DNA from: Chrysomallon squamiferum
Lineage: Eukaryota; Animalia; Mollusca
Assembly: GCA_012295275.1 (NCBI GenBank)
Contig: CM022673.1
Location: 1,178,001-1,242,000, forward strand
DNA length: 64,000 nt
Direction of reading: 5' to 3'
The notes below the pieces were generated by a model. That model worked only from the letters and a program-made list of their open reading frames with translations. It was not told where the DNA came from and did no database searches. The number at the start of each line of letters is the position of its first letter. The stretch's first letter is position 1. Shown one piece after another: positions 37,997-50,700 of the stretch. The position numbers were made by a program, and so were the translations under genes.

Positions 37997-39450
37997 TTGG
38001 AATTCTGTTTAATTCTTCACATATTGAAATGTTTTGAAAATATCAAACCCTCTAAAATTATCAAATGAATTTTGTATTTTATTTTTATGCTGCACAATAC
38101 AAGATATGCCAGTCACGGAAAAATTCCTAAATGACATTCTCCTTTACATATAAGCAATATCATAAATAAATAAAACTGTATCATTTAAGAATCTTATTTT
38201 AATCTTTTCTTTCTTGTGACCTAACTCTTCAAAATATTATCATTAATGACTTGGGTTTCTTTTTAAATTTATTTATTCTGGTATATTCAGCTTACTTCAT
38301 GGCGTGTATCAATAACATGTATTCCAAGTGTTTCGCAGGCAACTAATATGGGAGAGATGTGACCTCCCACTAGAGTGAACACATTTTTAACACCATGGGC
38401 CTGAAATACCAAATATAAACTACATTTTAAAAAAACCAAACATATTTCAACAAATTACTATAATATTATTATTTTAAAACTAATAATTTGAAAAAGAAAA
38501 AGTCAAACTAACACAAACTGATCACATAGATCAGCTATAAACAAAATAGAATAAAAGTAAAAAAGACAAAATATTCAGTAAATAGTGGTTTGCCACTGAT
38601 TTATGTATATATGTAAGTACTTTCTTTAGATACCCAGTTCCATTTTATATACATATATTTATCCATTTCCATTTCAATCCAAAGAAAAAGATTTAAAAAA
38701 TATTGATATATAAATGTTGGTCAAACCTGTAAAACTTCAGCTACCAGATTGCCTCCATGTTTTGCAATTTTATCATCAACCTAGAAAATTTGTCAAAATA
38801 TACTTACATATAAGAAACATTATCTTTTCAAGTTTAAAAAAAAAAAAATAATAATAATAATAATAATAATCTTTAAAGTTTTATTTAGAGTGACTGAATG
38901 GAATAATGCAGAAATTAAAAATAATAATTAAAAAAAAAAGGTTATTAAAAATAACAGAAACTGAAAAAATTAGATTGACAACAGTGCACAATTTCTAAAT
39001 GTAATTAATATGAATAGAAAATACATTTCTGGCAGTCATAAATACAGATTTAATTTGTTACATTTTGTTACACCATACAAAAAAAGAAGAAAAAAGTAAA
39101 TAAATAAAAATAATAATAATAATAACTACATAATTATAATAATAAATAAATTACACTTTCAGAACATGTATAAAGAGACTGAATTGCTTAGAATTCATTA
39201 TAAATTTGATAAATTTAAATTCATTCTGCAATTATTCAACACATAACATTTCAAAGTTCAAAGTTCACAAATTTATTCAGTATAAATTTTATTTTAATAA
39301 GTAATGTCATCAAACAACCTTGTGAAAAAGTTGATAAAAAATGCCTAATCTTTTAAGAAAGACAAGTGTTCCCACGGCTGTTGCTGACAAACCAAATGGA
39401 ATAGCCAGCGAAAGCCAATTATGTTGCAACTCCAAAATATATTTATCCAT
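30076..39450 (-). CDS. ILVBL: 2-hydroxyacyl-CoA lyase 2 / acetolactate synthase-like protein, 16 coding exons, 631 aa
   Basis: Exons 39450-39319 (N-terminal membrane anchor, [11 protein letters not shown]), 38780-38727, 38400-38296 ([15 protein letters not shown]), 37727-37649 (VTAGPG), 37092-37001, 36471-36333, 35829-35718, 35275-35175, 34827-34718, 34368-34245, 33553-33459, 32791-32637, 31822-31685 (DGGDFV), 31283-31109 ([17 protein letters not shown]; GDGS TPP motif), 30806-30708 (GNDACW), 30261-30076 ([10 protein letters not shown]). All phases match. Confidence 0.97.
34029..34141. repeat. (AG)n microsatellite
   Basis: Directly visible. Confidence 0.92.
36725..36981. mobile_element. Degraded hAT-like MITE in ILVBL intron
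   Basis: Ends CAGTGGCAGA.. / ..AGATCTGCCCCTC form imperfect inverted termini; subterminal GGGGCCCTGAA occurs twice; TSD not recognisable. Confidence 0.5.
37312..37612. repeat. ~40-bp degenerate minisatellite, ~8 copies
   Basis: tttataatattgtgacagt core recurring near 37328, 37371, 37409, 37449, 37487, 37526, 37566, 37604. Confidence 0.82.
37917..37993. repeat. (AAT)n microsatellite
   Basis: Directly visible; similar runs at 7374-7412, 18594-18636, 22694-22725, 33654-33733, 40125-40168. Confidence 0.9.
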
Positions 39451-39773
39451 GCCAAATCTTCGAGAGACCTTCACCTTTGCCACTAAGCAGAGAAAAATGT
39501 ATGAAATATTAAAATATTTCTTTCGTTGATTCAGTTTATGAAATAAAGTATTAAAATAATGGAAGATTTATTTTAAAAAATAAAAAATATTATTATAAAA
39601 TACTTTGCACATTACTATTATTATTTTTATTTTTTTGTCGTCTTCTGCATTTAACTCAAATTACAACTTCCGGGTAATGTCAGAAAAGTGATAAAATAAA
39701 AATACAGTCGAAGTGGCACTGCTTGGAAATTTGATACGTATTTGTAAAAATTTGTCGACGTGTTGCTTTTTTG
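39451..39773. promoter_or_regulatory. Compact bidirectional promoter ILVBL / MFSD4 with probable non-coding first exon of MFSD4
   Basis: CpG-containing patch, ETS/GABP core ACTTCCGG at 39666-39673, strong + strand donor ttg|gtaagt at 39773/39774. Confidence 0.6.
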
Positions 39774-40122
39774 GTAAGTATTTGTTCCTCATTTCAATTA
39801 CAGTTTGTTAATTTTCAAACGAATTTATTTGGTGTCTTTTGGTTTTATTCTTAAAGACATAAACATTCCTGATAATCACCGAGTCGGACTGAACTAAACT
39901 TTCTAAAGCCTTTAGTAAAGAGAGCTATTCTGTATTCATACATCTAAGAGTAAGTTTAAACTTTAAAGATATCCTTTTAAATAATCATTTATTTTGTATA
40001 TTATTCGGTAAGGAAAATATGATTTATTTATTATTTTAGTTGGTATTATTAGTACTTTTAAATATAATTTAATGATTAAATCATTAATGATTAATTTACT
40101 TAATTATATTCAGATGCTTTCA

Positions 40123-40169
<47 letters not shown>

Positions 40170-41291
40170 GTATCAGTAACAACTAATTGTTGCTGACATA
40201 ATACAACCTTTTATCATTTTTTATGACTCATTTGAAATCAGCCATTTTGTGCATTTAAAATTACTTATATTTATGTAACAACATTTGTTTATCATCATCA
40301 TCATCATCATTATTATTATTATTATTATTGTAAACAAATATTTTTTTGATCATGTATGAAAAGTTTAGCTCAGAGAGTTTCATTTTCAGTCAAATAACTG
40401 ATCACATTAAAATAAAATGATATATCATTTAATAAATCCATTTTTTAAATTTATTTTTTTATTTTTTTACCTTGACCATGGTTTCTTATTTAAATAAATA
40501 GAACAAAGTAATATCAAAATAGTAGTCTGTTGGTCACCAAAATAATTTATAATAATAAAAATAATGAAAAAAATAAATAAAAAATATATATATAATATAT
40601 ATAATTGGTATGGCATGTTTTTATTATTTTATTTTAATTATTTAATGGCAGATTTTTTATTCGTTTCTTCTTCTTTAGATAATAATAAATACAGTTATTA
40701 TTTATTATTCAAGATCAGTCTTTAGATATTTCAGCAAGTGAGCAATAATCTAACAAATGTTTTCATAAAAACATCAATAACTGACCAAACTGTATATTAA
40801 AATGAAGATCAACATTTTGACATTCAGCCCTTTACACTCAGGATAAAATAAAATATTTATTAATGAGGCTTACAAAAAATCTGTTGTTAGTCAGTGTTTG
40901 CATAAGATATTTTTATTTTCTTTTTTTTTAATTATTTTTTTTAATTAATTAATTTATTTATTCAAATTGTTTTACTATAATAAAGATTCTGACATAAAAA
41001 TGTTAAATTTGTTTTAATTTGGTAATAAAATTATAGATCTGGCCATTATGAATAGGGCATTAAAAATACATGATCTTAGCCATGTACTGTATCCCTAATG
41101 TTAACTGACCTAGTTGTTTTGTAGATTTTTATCAAATATATACGACAATACTTGCATCAGCTGTAAGATATACTGATAATAAATAACTGAATTCATCGTC
41201 ATATTTTCTCGTAAATTAGAATATATATGAAAGGATTTTTGACACATATTTTAGGTACATACATATCTGTGAATAAATATTGACGCAGAAA

Positions 41292-44200
41292 ATGTTGCGA
41301 GATGTTGATGATGAAGATACTGTGTTTGACAAACAAAATCTGCTTGACAGTGACCCTGTCGATCCTGACATTGAGTTCTCAGGAGGTCAGAAGTCTGACT
41401 GGTGCAGTCGCTTTATCAAAACCATTGTCCTCTCCATTGCTTTTTTCGCTTTGGTAGGTTACTGTTTTTGTTTCTGATTTATATAATTTTAATAATAATT
41501 GTCATGGTTTGTGAATGCTAAGAAATTTTAACAAGCAAGTCAGTTCAGCTTTATTGTGTTATACAGTATTTTATTAAAACATTGTTTAGTGTAAATCATG
41601 TTAAAATTCAAGAGTCATTATAACTGCCCATTAAACATAATAGGCCATATATAACACTATATGCGTGCACATTCATTTGTTTGTATAAAATGATAGAAAT
41701 AAAAAAATAATAATGATTTAGTAACATCATTTTTTATCATCTAGTAGTTTATTATTTTTTTCCAGCAAGTTTGGAATTTTATTTCTTTACTTGGTATTAG
41801 CATTAATTATGATATATTTAAAAAAAATGTATTTTGATACACATATAAAGTTAAATAACAAAAACTGAGAAAATAGTTTAAAACATTACTAACTCTATAA
41901 TTCAGGGTCTCTGTAATGTCTGAATCTGAGAAAATAGATTAAAACCTCACTGTCTCTGTAATTCAGGGTCTCTGTATTGCCATGCCTGGACCAACTCTGT
42001 TAGATCTGGGAGAGAGAGTGCAGAAAGACACAGAACATATGTCAATGATTTTTGTGGCACGGTCAATTGGTTATCTTCTCGGCTCCATCATTGGTGGATT
42101 CTTGTTTGACCACTTTGACCAGCAGATTCTCATGTTTTACACACTCATCTTGACAGCCATAGCTACAGTTGTTGCTCCTTGGTGTACAGTTCTCATAGTA
42201 CTGGCTGTGATGATTGCATTTCAAGGCTTGTCCATGGGAATTCTTGATACAGGTATGTAATAATGAGATTATATTAATAGACATTCAGACATTTATTTTA
42301 GTTTGTTGTTCTTTTCTTTTTTTTTCTTTTTTGTTTTTATATAATATATTATAAGGTATGTTGCAAATATTCTTATATTTTTCAATTTCTGTGAAATATT
42401 TGGGCATAAGAATCACAAATTTCATTGTACCTGTGACAGAATTATTTAAATATATTAATGGGAAAAATAAATTAAAAAAAATTTAAACCAACATTTTTAA
42501 ATGCTGGATATTTTGTTTTCAATTTACAATTAAAACAAAATATTGTTATAAAATGGGATCAAATTTTAAACCCATTTCAATATACAATTAGACTACATGT
42601 TTCTCTATAAACTGATGTGCAGTTAAGGGACCATATTATTTTATAAGATTAACTTCAGCTGTATTAATACACTCAAGCAAAATATATACTAAGACTGTAA
42701 ATACTATGAATTTTTTTTTAGCATTGCATTTAGTACCCTTACTGAACATTATACAACATACATTAACTCTTTCGTTTTTTTCCAACAGGAGGCAATGTAT
42801 TTTGCATTAATATATGGAAACATAAAAGCGGTCCATACATGCAGGGCATGCACTTTGCTTTTGGCATTGGGGCTTTCATAGCTCCATTGTTGGCACGTCC
42901 ATTTCTGAATCTCCCAACTGAGCTGATTCAAGCCAACAATTCTTTATTATCATTTCCCCACAGCATTACTCCAATTGTTCCAAGCATACCAGACTATGCA
43001 CTGATGCCTCATTCCTCTGAGAACTACAAAGAGCACCTTCTGGTACGCAGAAATTCAGACGAACAAGAAAATTCTACTTCAAATGCTATGGATGACGTTA
43101 CAGTAGCAAATCTAAATGTTTCAAACTCCAGTGTTTCGGATGTTAACATTACAACTTCAACCATTAATTCTGTTATAACAAAGAAACCAGCGAAGCCAGA
43201 TTTTGTTGATGGCGGAATAATGAAAAAAGAATATTCTGATGGTGACAAAATTAAAGATGCAATCAAAGATTCAGTGAAAAAGAAAGTGGTGGGAGACAAA
43301 AAAACTGATGCTGAAAAAAATGATAATGAAAAGCCTGTGAGTTCAACAGCGGCAGTGAATGTTTCTACAAACAATGGCACCCAGACAACTTTTAGTCCTG
43401 GAAATTCAAGTTCGACTGAGGGTAATGATGTCAATAATACTACAGTTACAATATCAACTTCCACATCAATGACACAAGCATCAAAAACAACTCTTCAAAT
43501 ACAAACGACAACAGCACCAACAACAACACCCACAACTCAGGCAACAACAACACCCACAACTCAGGAAACAACATCAACAACTCGGGCACCAACATCAACA
43601 TCTCAACAACAAACAACTCAGAGAGCAACATCATCAACTCCAGAACAGACAAGTACTAAACAGAGCAACCTGTTATCTACTGCACCGACTGTCAACAAAA
43701 CAACTAATACATCTGCAGTTAATGAAACGGACCACAAGTTGAACAACACAGAAACAGAGAGACCGAAAAAGCCTGAGACATTTGGAGATTTCGTACACAA
43801 AACATTAAATGCTGTTGTGCACATGTCGAGGATTCAGTTTGCGTATGCTATAATAGGTGTTCTTCTCATTGTTAATGCTTTCATGTTCCTTGTTCTCTAC
43901 TGCAAAGATAAGCAACGCTCTCCGGCAGAAAGAAGAAGAGAGAGGGAACGTCATCACTATGGCAACGAAAGCACTGGATTCTGTGTAACAATGCTTTTCC
44001 TATTGTTTTTCTTCTTTTTCGCATACGTTGGCATGGAAGTTACATTTGGAGGTTTGTTGTCCACTTTTGTAGTGGAATATCTCAAATGGTCAAAACGTCA
44101 GGGTGCCACAGCTACTGCTCTGTTCTGGGGATCCCTCGCTGCTGGTCGGGGAATCAGTATATTTCTGGCCAAGTGCTTCAAGCCTCCTTGTATGCTTGTC

Positions 44201-44728
44201 TCCAACACAGTGCTTGTTGTCATTGGTGCTTTGATTCTTAGTTTTGGAATACAGGTGAATGATGTAGCTCTGTGGGTTGGCACAGTTACAATTGGTTTTG
44301 GCATGTCATCCATATTCCCTACAGGAATATCCTGGGCAGATCATTATTTTCCTCTGACAGGAAAAGCCACAGCTGTCTTTGTAGTGGGTTCAGCTTTAGG
44401 TGAGATGACAATTCCTGTTGTAACAGGCTACCTGTACACAAATAAGGACAAAATGTACCTTATGTACACAATGGTTGCTGTTGGCATATTCTGTTCTGTT
44501 TTGTATATAATAATGCAGTGTGTTGCTTCTCACAACCAGAAAACATCTGCTGCTTCTAAGAAGGGATTTCTGAGACTGGATGAAGATGAAAGTGTGCCCA
44601 TGGATTCCTTATCATCCAGCTACGGCACTTCGGATTATGCAGAGGTGATTCGAAAAAGACCAGCTAAAAATACGAATGGTGTGGACAAACAACCAGAATA
44701 TGATCGACTAATTGATATTGATGACTAG
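41292..44728 (+). CDS. MFSD4B: Major facilitator superfamily transporter, MFSD4 / sodium-dependent glucose transporter 1 (NaGLT1)-like, 3 coding exons, 795 aa
   Basis: Exons 41292-41453, 41967-42252 (GLCIAMPGPTLLDL..GYLLGSIIGG..GILDTG), 42789-44728 (GPYMQGMHFAFGIGAFIAP; YVGMEVTFGG; FWGSLAAGRG; GFGMSSIFPTGISW; GSALGEM). Phases match. MFSD4A/B orthology not resolvable. Confidence 0.92.
41865..41980 (+). repeat. 61-bp tandem duplication spanning MFSD4 acceptor site
   Basis: ctgagaaaatag..taattcag|ggtctctgta occurs twice (acceptors at 41905 and 41966). Confidence 0.85.
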
Positions 44729-47700
44729 ATTTCTGCTTAACAAGAAAACCTGAAAGAAATGAAGAAAAAATCATTAATTAAACAATAATAATAATAAATA
44801 ATAAGAATACATTCAGTTGATTGACATAGATGATCAGTTTCTGCTTGACAAAATCAAAACCCATAACATAAAAAAACAAAAATGAAATGAAAAGATGAAT
44901 AATTAATCATTGAATTGCATGAAGAAACAGCAATAATATAGTCAGTTATTTGACATTAGTGATAAGATGTCTACTTGACAGCATCAACAACAATAACTAC
45001 ATAAAGAATGGCTTTGAAAAAAAAAGAAGAAATGGAAAAAGTTAAATAATTAGTTTTTGAAATCTGTGGATAAGTAACAGTTATATATTTAATGACATTG
45101 ATGACATTGATGTTTACACACACACACACAAACACACACAGATACAAAATATTAAAACTGACAAAGAATATATATACTAAAGATCCCAATAACAGAGAAA
45201 TGATAATAACATGAAATGGAAATAATTAATCTTTGAAGTAGATGACAGAATAAATTTACAGAAATACCTGTAGAATGGAAAATATTTAGCAGAAGTTTTT
45301 TCCTATCTTGACTATTTTTATAGCTTAGCACACTTTGGTTAAAACTTTTGTATGATAAAAATGACACGGGAAAGATCCAGTAATTTCTATTACTGAAAAA
45401 TATGTAATCAAAAATATAATTTTGTTCAAACTATATTTTTAGTAGATGAATTCTCATTTGCATATTATCTTGCCATTTGCTACTTTTTTTCTTTTTTATA
45501 TATGTTTGTGTTTAAGCTTTGTTTAAGACTTGAAATTGTTATTTTATACATACTGGTTATGTAGTTAATCTATCTGCAATGTGTGTTTTTGTACTTAGCA
45601 ACTGTTCACAAAGACAAATGTATTCATCAGAATTCATCAAATACTACAAATCCAAAAAGTTTTTATAATGGTTTATTGTCTGCTGATTTTATACTAAAGA
45701 AATCAATATGTATGTGTTTATGATGTAAATACAAATTTAGAAATCCTTATTTTATCTCAGTATTGTAAAAATATATTTTTTGTTTTGGTAGGCTTGTTGC
45801 GTAAGTACAGCAAATCAGTATGGCTTGATAACTATGTGATTATTACTGTGTGACCAATAATAAAGAAAAAAAAATGTATCTTAACAAAGTTAAGTATAAA
45901 TCTTGTACATAATTTATTATTCTAGATTATGCATTTGTATGTGCAAATTGTAATATATATTGTACAGTTGAATAATCTAGAAATTAAGAAATGTATGCTT
46001 TAAAAGTTTGTGTGTGTGTGTGTGTGTGTGAACATGTCAGTTATCCTCATGTGTATTACAGAGCATTATTTCTCAGTATTTTCTTTAAATTGAATTGTTA
46101 TGTAATATATACAACTTATTTTCTTGTTCTTAATGTTGAATTATATTCACATTACAAGTAACTTTAGTAACCCATTTATATTATATATCATCATCATCAT
46201 TGAGATTATTTTTGTTATGTGCTAAATTATGTCTTGTTGCAATATGAATTAATGGTCTAGCACATTTTTTTTATATACTTCCAAGTTATTATTTTGCACT
46301 GTCTGTCATTGTTCATTACAGAATATTAGAATAAGATGATACTGCTACATAAGATTTGATTTTATTGCAGTATTTTCTTTTTCTTCTGTATATATATATA
46401 TATATACACACATAAATAAAAACAAAAGAACATATTTAATTTTTTTTTTTCCTAAATGTATAATTTAAAATTTAATACTTTCAAAGAAACAGTGTATGTG
46501 TATCTTATTTGTTTGATTTTTTTTTTTTTTTTTATCTCCATTGATGGATATGTCAGCATAAGATATTATTCTGCATAATGCAATGAACAAAAGTGTAAAG
46601 TAAAATACATAAACACTGTTTTACAGTTGTCCCCAGTTTTAGATATAATGTTTATGCTTCTGTGGTTGTATTAGTAATAAAAATATATGACCAGTAGATT
46701 GTTACTTTATTGTAAATAAATTAACATTTGTGATTGATAATCAGGGTAAGTCTCAACACATAATTTCAGAAAGTAATTTGATCTTGCTCAAACTTTTTTC
46801 TTCTTCTTTTTTTCTGCATCTTTTAAATAAATACTTTTGTGCCAAAGTTTATTTAATGCAGCTTTGAATGTTGATGTTTTGGTTTTAGTGAATACTGGCT
46901 GTCTCTGCAAGTTAATCAAGATCTGGCAACTATTTTTTTTAATTTTTTTATTTTAAATAATGATTTTTGGTGGGATATAGAAAAACAGATTTAATTTCTT
47001 GAAGAAATTTACTGTTTCTCAGATCATTGTCATTTAAAGTACTAAATATTTTACTTTTATTTTCAGTGATTTTATTTATTATATTATGCAGATATTAAAA
47101 ATGAGATTTTGAAATGAGATTTTAAAGTATCTAGGTTGTACATTTTGTATTGTTTGCTTATACTTTATCCGTCCATAAAGTAAATGTATATAAAAAAAAA
47201 AAAAAATGTATGAGTGTTCACATATACTTATTGATATGCATGTAAAAATTGCATTGTGTATTTTTTCATGGAAAAAGAATGTTTCTATTTTTCGAATATA
47301 TTGATAAACAAACCACCCACACAATTTTAAAAAAGTAAGGGGGCGGGGGCAGTAAAACTGTAGAAAATTGTGATAGAGACATTTACAAGGCAAGTTTACT
47401 TTTAACATGTTTTGTTAAAACTATGTAGGATACAGACAAAAAAACCACCAACAAAAACACTGCAGTTACTTAACTCCAGTGCAGTTACCATCTTATGGTG
47501 AGATTGGTAAATTAAATATAGTTATCAAAGCAAAATAGTGAAAAATGTATATTGTATCTAGGTATATTGTAAATAGTGTATGTAACTAAATGAAAAGATT
47601 TAAAAAATGTTTTGAAGCAATAATACTCCAACATTGTGAATTCTTATACTTTGTCATCCTTTCCTTTGCTTTGGATATGTAATTAGTCTGTGACAACCAT

Positions 47701-50700
47701 GCTGAAAAAAGTGTGTGTGTGTGTGTGTGTGTGTTTGTGTGTGTATGTGTGTGAAACTATATTTGGCTTTTTAAAAAAAAAAAGATCATGAAATATTACC
47801 TGATGGAGTATTCGTTTCTTTTTAGTGAAAAGAAAAGACTGCATAATGATTTTGTTTTTGTTTTAGTTGTTAATAAATATAATTCAGTTGTGTTGTTATA
47901 TGATCAGAAAATGTGACATAATGGTTTAAATGCTGGCAAATATATGCATACATTTAAATATGCATATATTCACTCACAAAAAATGGAAAATATGTCAGTA
48001 TTCGTTTATTATCCGTATCTTTTTGAAATAAATGTTATAAATAAATAAATAATTTAAAATAATAAAAATTGTCAGGCTAAATGTTGTTTATTTCATGAGT
48101 TCAGTACACTTTTTGTCAAAACTGCAAGAATGCATGATCAGGAATATTTGATTTTATTGTATCATTATTTTTATTTTGTTTTGTTTTGTTGCCCATTTTG
48201 TATTGTAATAGATGTGAATAAATATTTTTTGATTTCATTAACATCTTTTTTTGTTTTTTTTTCTTCCTTTACAGGAGAATTTTATTTCCAGTTTGTATTT
48301 GGAAATTAAACCATTGATTCGTGGACTTTGTGTTTGTGTAATGAAACCTTGGGTAATTTAAATATATAGTGAAAATGGTTTTTATAACCTATTAAAGAAC
48401 AGTGGAAAAATTTATCTAAAACATACTTTGGTAAAGCCAAAAATAAGCTTAAATGTCATTATAATATATTTTTTTTTCTCAAAATAATCATCACAAAGTA
48501 TTGGCTATTTTAAATCCATTTATAATAATAATTATTAATATTATTTCACATCAGCTGGATCTGACTGAAAGAGCAAAAGAAAGAAGGGGACAAGGCAGTT
48601 TCTACTTTTTGTTTTTTCTTTTTAAATTTACTTTTAATAAAAGTTGACTCATGAAAAATAAAATTATAATTTGAAAACACTAATGTATTGTGACAATGTT
48701 AATACTAAAACTTCAAGTGTATTTTTCTAGCTGATAACAAAGAGAAGATCAAGATTCAAATTTGTTTATTTCGAATGTAACCAACAAGTTCTATTGTCAG
48801 AACTTTCTACAGTCATTTGGCACACACTAAACAGACAAAATGACAGCAACCTGAAAATTAATAAAGGAATGTAAAAAAAAAAAAAATAATAATAATAATA
48901 AATAAATAAATAAATACTAATATATATATACCAGTAACTAAATGGACGGAATTAACACAAAATACAATCAAAACTCCTCACAAAGTTAATAAATAGAGAA
49001 ATAATACTAAATGTAAATAATGCATAATAAAATGTTCAATAAATTTGTTTTTTTTAAAAAGAAAAAGAAATTAAGTACTATTATGTGAACACAAATTAAA
49101 GTAATGTTACTTGTAATTACTGTCTTGAAATCTTGTAAATCTTACATAAAAATTTCCACATAAAGTATTATGACTGAATAACATTTTAATTTTAAAAAAA
49201 ACCTGTACTGCTTATTTGCATATTTAAACTACAATCATGCAGTTGAGTCTTGTATATCAAAATGAGATAAATATTTAAAAATCTATTTCTGTTATGTACT
49301 GGTGCAATTTTTTTCAAATGAAACTAAATAATATCCCTTGAGATATAATTAAAACTAATTAAATTATTAAATAAAAAGCACCATAAATTATCAGTTTGAT
49401 TATGTACAGCTTATACATAACACAGCAATATTTTTTTAAATTTTATTATGCTTAAAAGTTGACAATAATGCTTTTTTTTTTAAAATGAGGTAACAAATGT
49501 TAGTGATCTAGTGAATGTAATAATTCATAACTCCTGTTTTCTTCAGAGGTTATACAAGGTTTCCTTCTGCTATTTTGATAGATAAAACAAAATATACAAA
49601 AAATAGCAAAAACGTTGTTGGTTTTGTATTAATTCAGTTAAGTAAGCAACTACATTAACAGTAAAGTTTCTTAAAGAATGATAATCCAGTTTGTGATAAA
49701 ACACTATCATTGCCAGCTGAAAAGTATAATGTTATAAATATTTATCAGTGTAAAGATTTCTATGAAAAATTATTATTTTTCTTGTCTATGCAATCAGAAT
49801 TATATAAAAGAATATTCAAAAATAACCTGCATGCAATTGAGAAACTTACAAAAAAAAAAAAAAAAAAAAATTAAAAATATTAAATAAAAATCAGATAAAT
49901 TTTTTTTTACTTACTTCCATTTTTTATCAGTTAAATGCATTTACACATATAATAATAAATAATAATAATAAAAAAAGAAATAAGCAAGTAGAATAAAATT
50001 TGAGGATTTCGCATTTCAGCTGGTTAATTTTGTGTGGTTTTGTCAAGTCTGATCACAAGACATGTGAGTAAAAACCAAGATCACTAACTTCACAACACAT
50101 TCTAGTGAGTAATTTATGTACATCAAATAAGTAATACATCAGACTAAATCAACTCACAGGGGTAAGCAAACAGTCCACTGAAAATGATCAGTTGTTCAGA
50201 ACACACAAATCATAACCATAAGGAATATAGACAATTACAGTCATGTGATCATTACTTTTATAAAATTCAACTAGTAGAATACATTAAGCAAATATGATTC
50301 ACTGAATTTAGCTTTAGTACAATTCTGACTGTGTAAGACAGGAAAATTCAGCAAATGGAAAATTTGAGCAAATATTAAATATAACTGCTGTGAAATTTTC
50401 AATTGTGTATTTTCTCAGTTTTAATTAAATAACTAATTCTCCACACAACAAATAACAAAAATATCCAACTCTCTCATTTCTTCCTAAAATGAAAAAGTTG
50501 TGATTTTATATATTTTTTTTTTTTTGTAAATAAACACCTCCTACTTACAAAATATACATGTACACATTTTATAGTTAATAAACAAGAACTTGGCAACATA
50601 TTCACACAATTCCAGTTTTAACATACATTTGGTATATAATTACAATCATTGAAGTAACATTTTACAAGCACATTTATTTTTTGTTAAATTTATACCTTTC

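Noticed and set aside
30076-39450. Alternative calls HACL1 or horizontally acquired acetolactate synthase
   Set aside because: N-terminal membrane anchor, GGHISP motif, C-terminal FREGSISV and 15 spliceosomal introns fit native ILVBL.
43024-44313. Antisense ORFs over the MFSD4 large exon
   Set aside because: Expected shadow ORFs of Thr/Ser-rich coding sequence.
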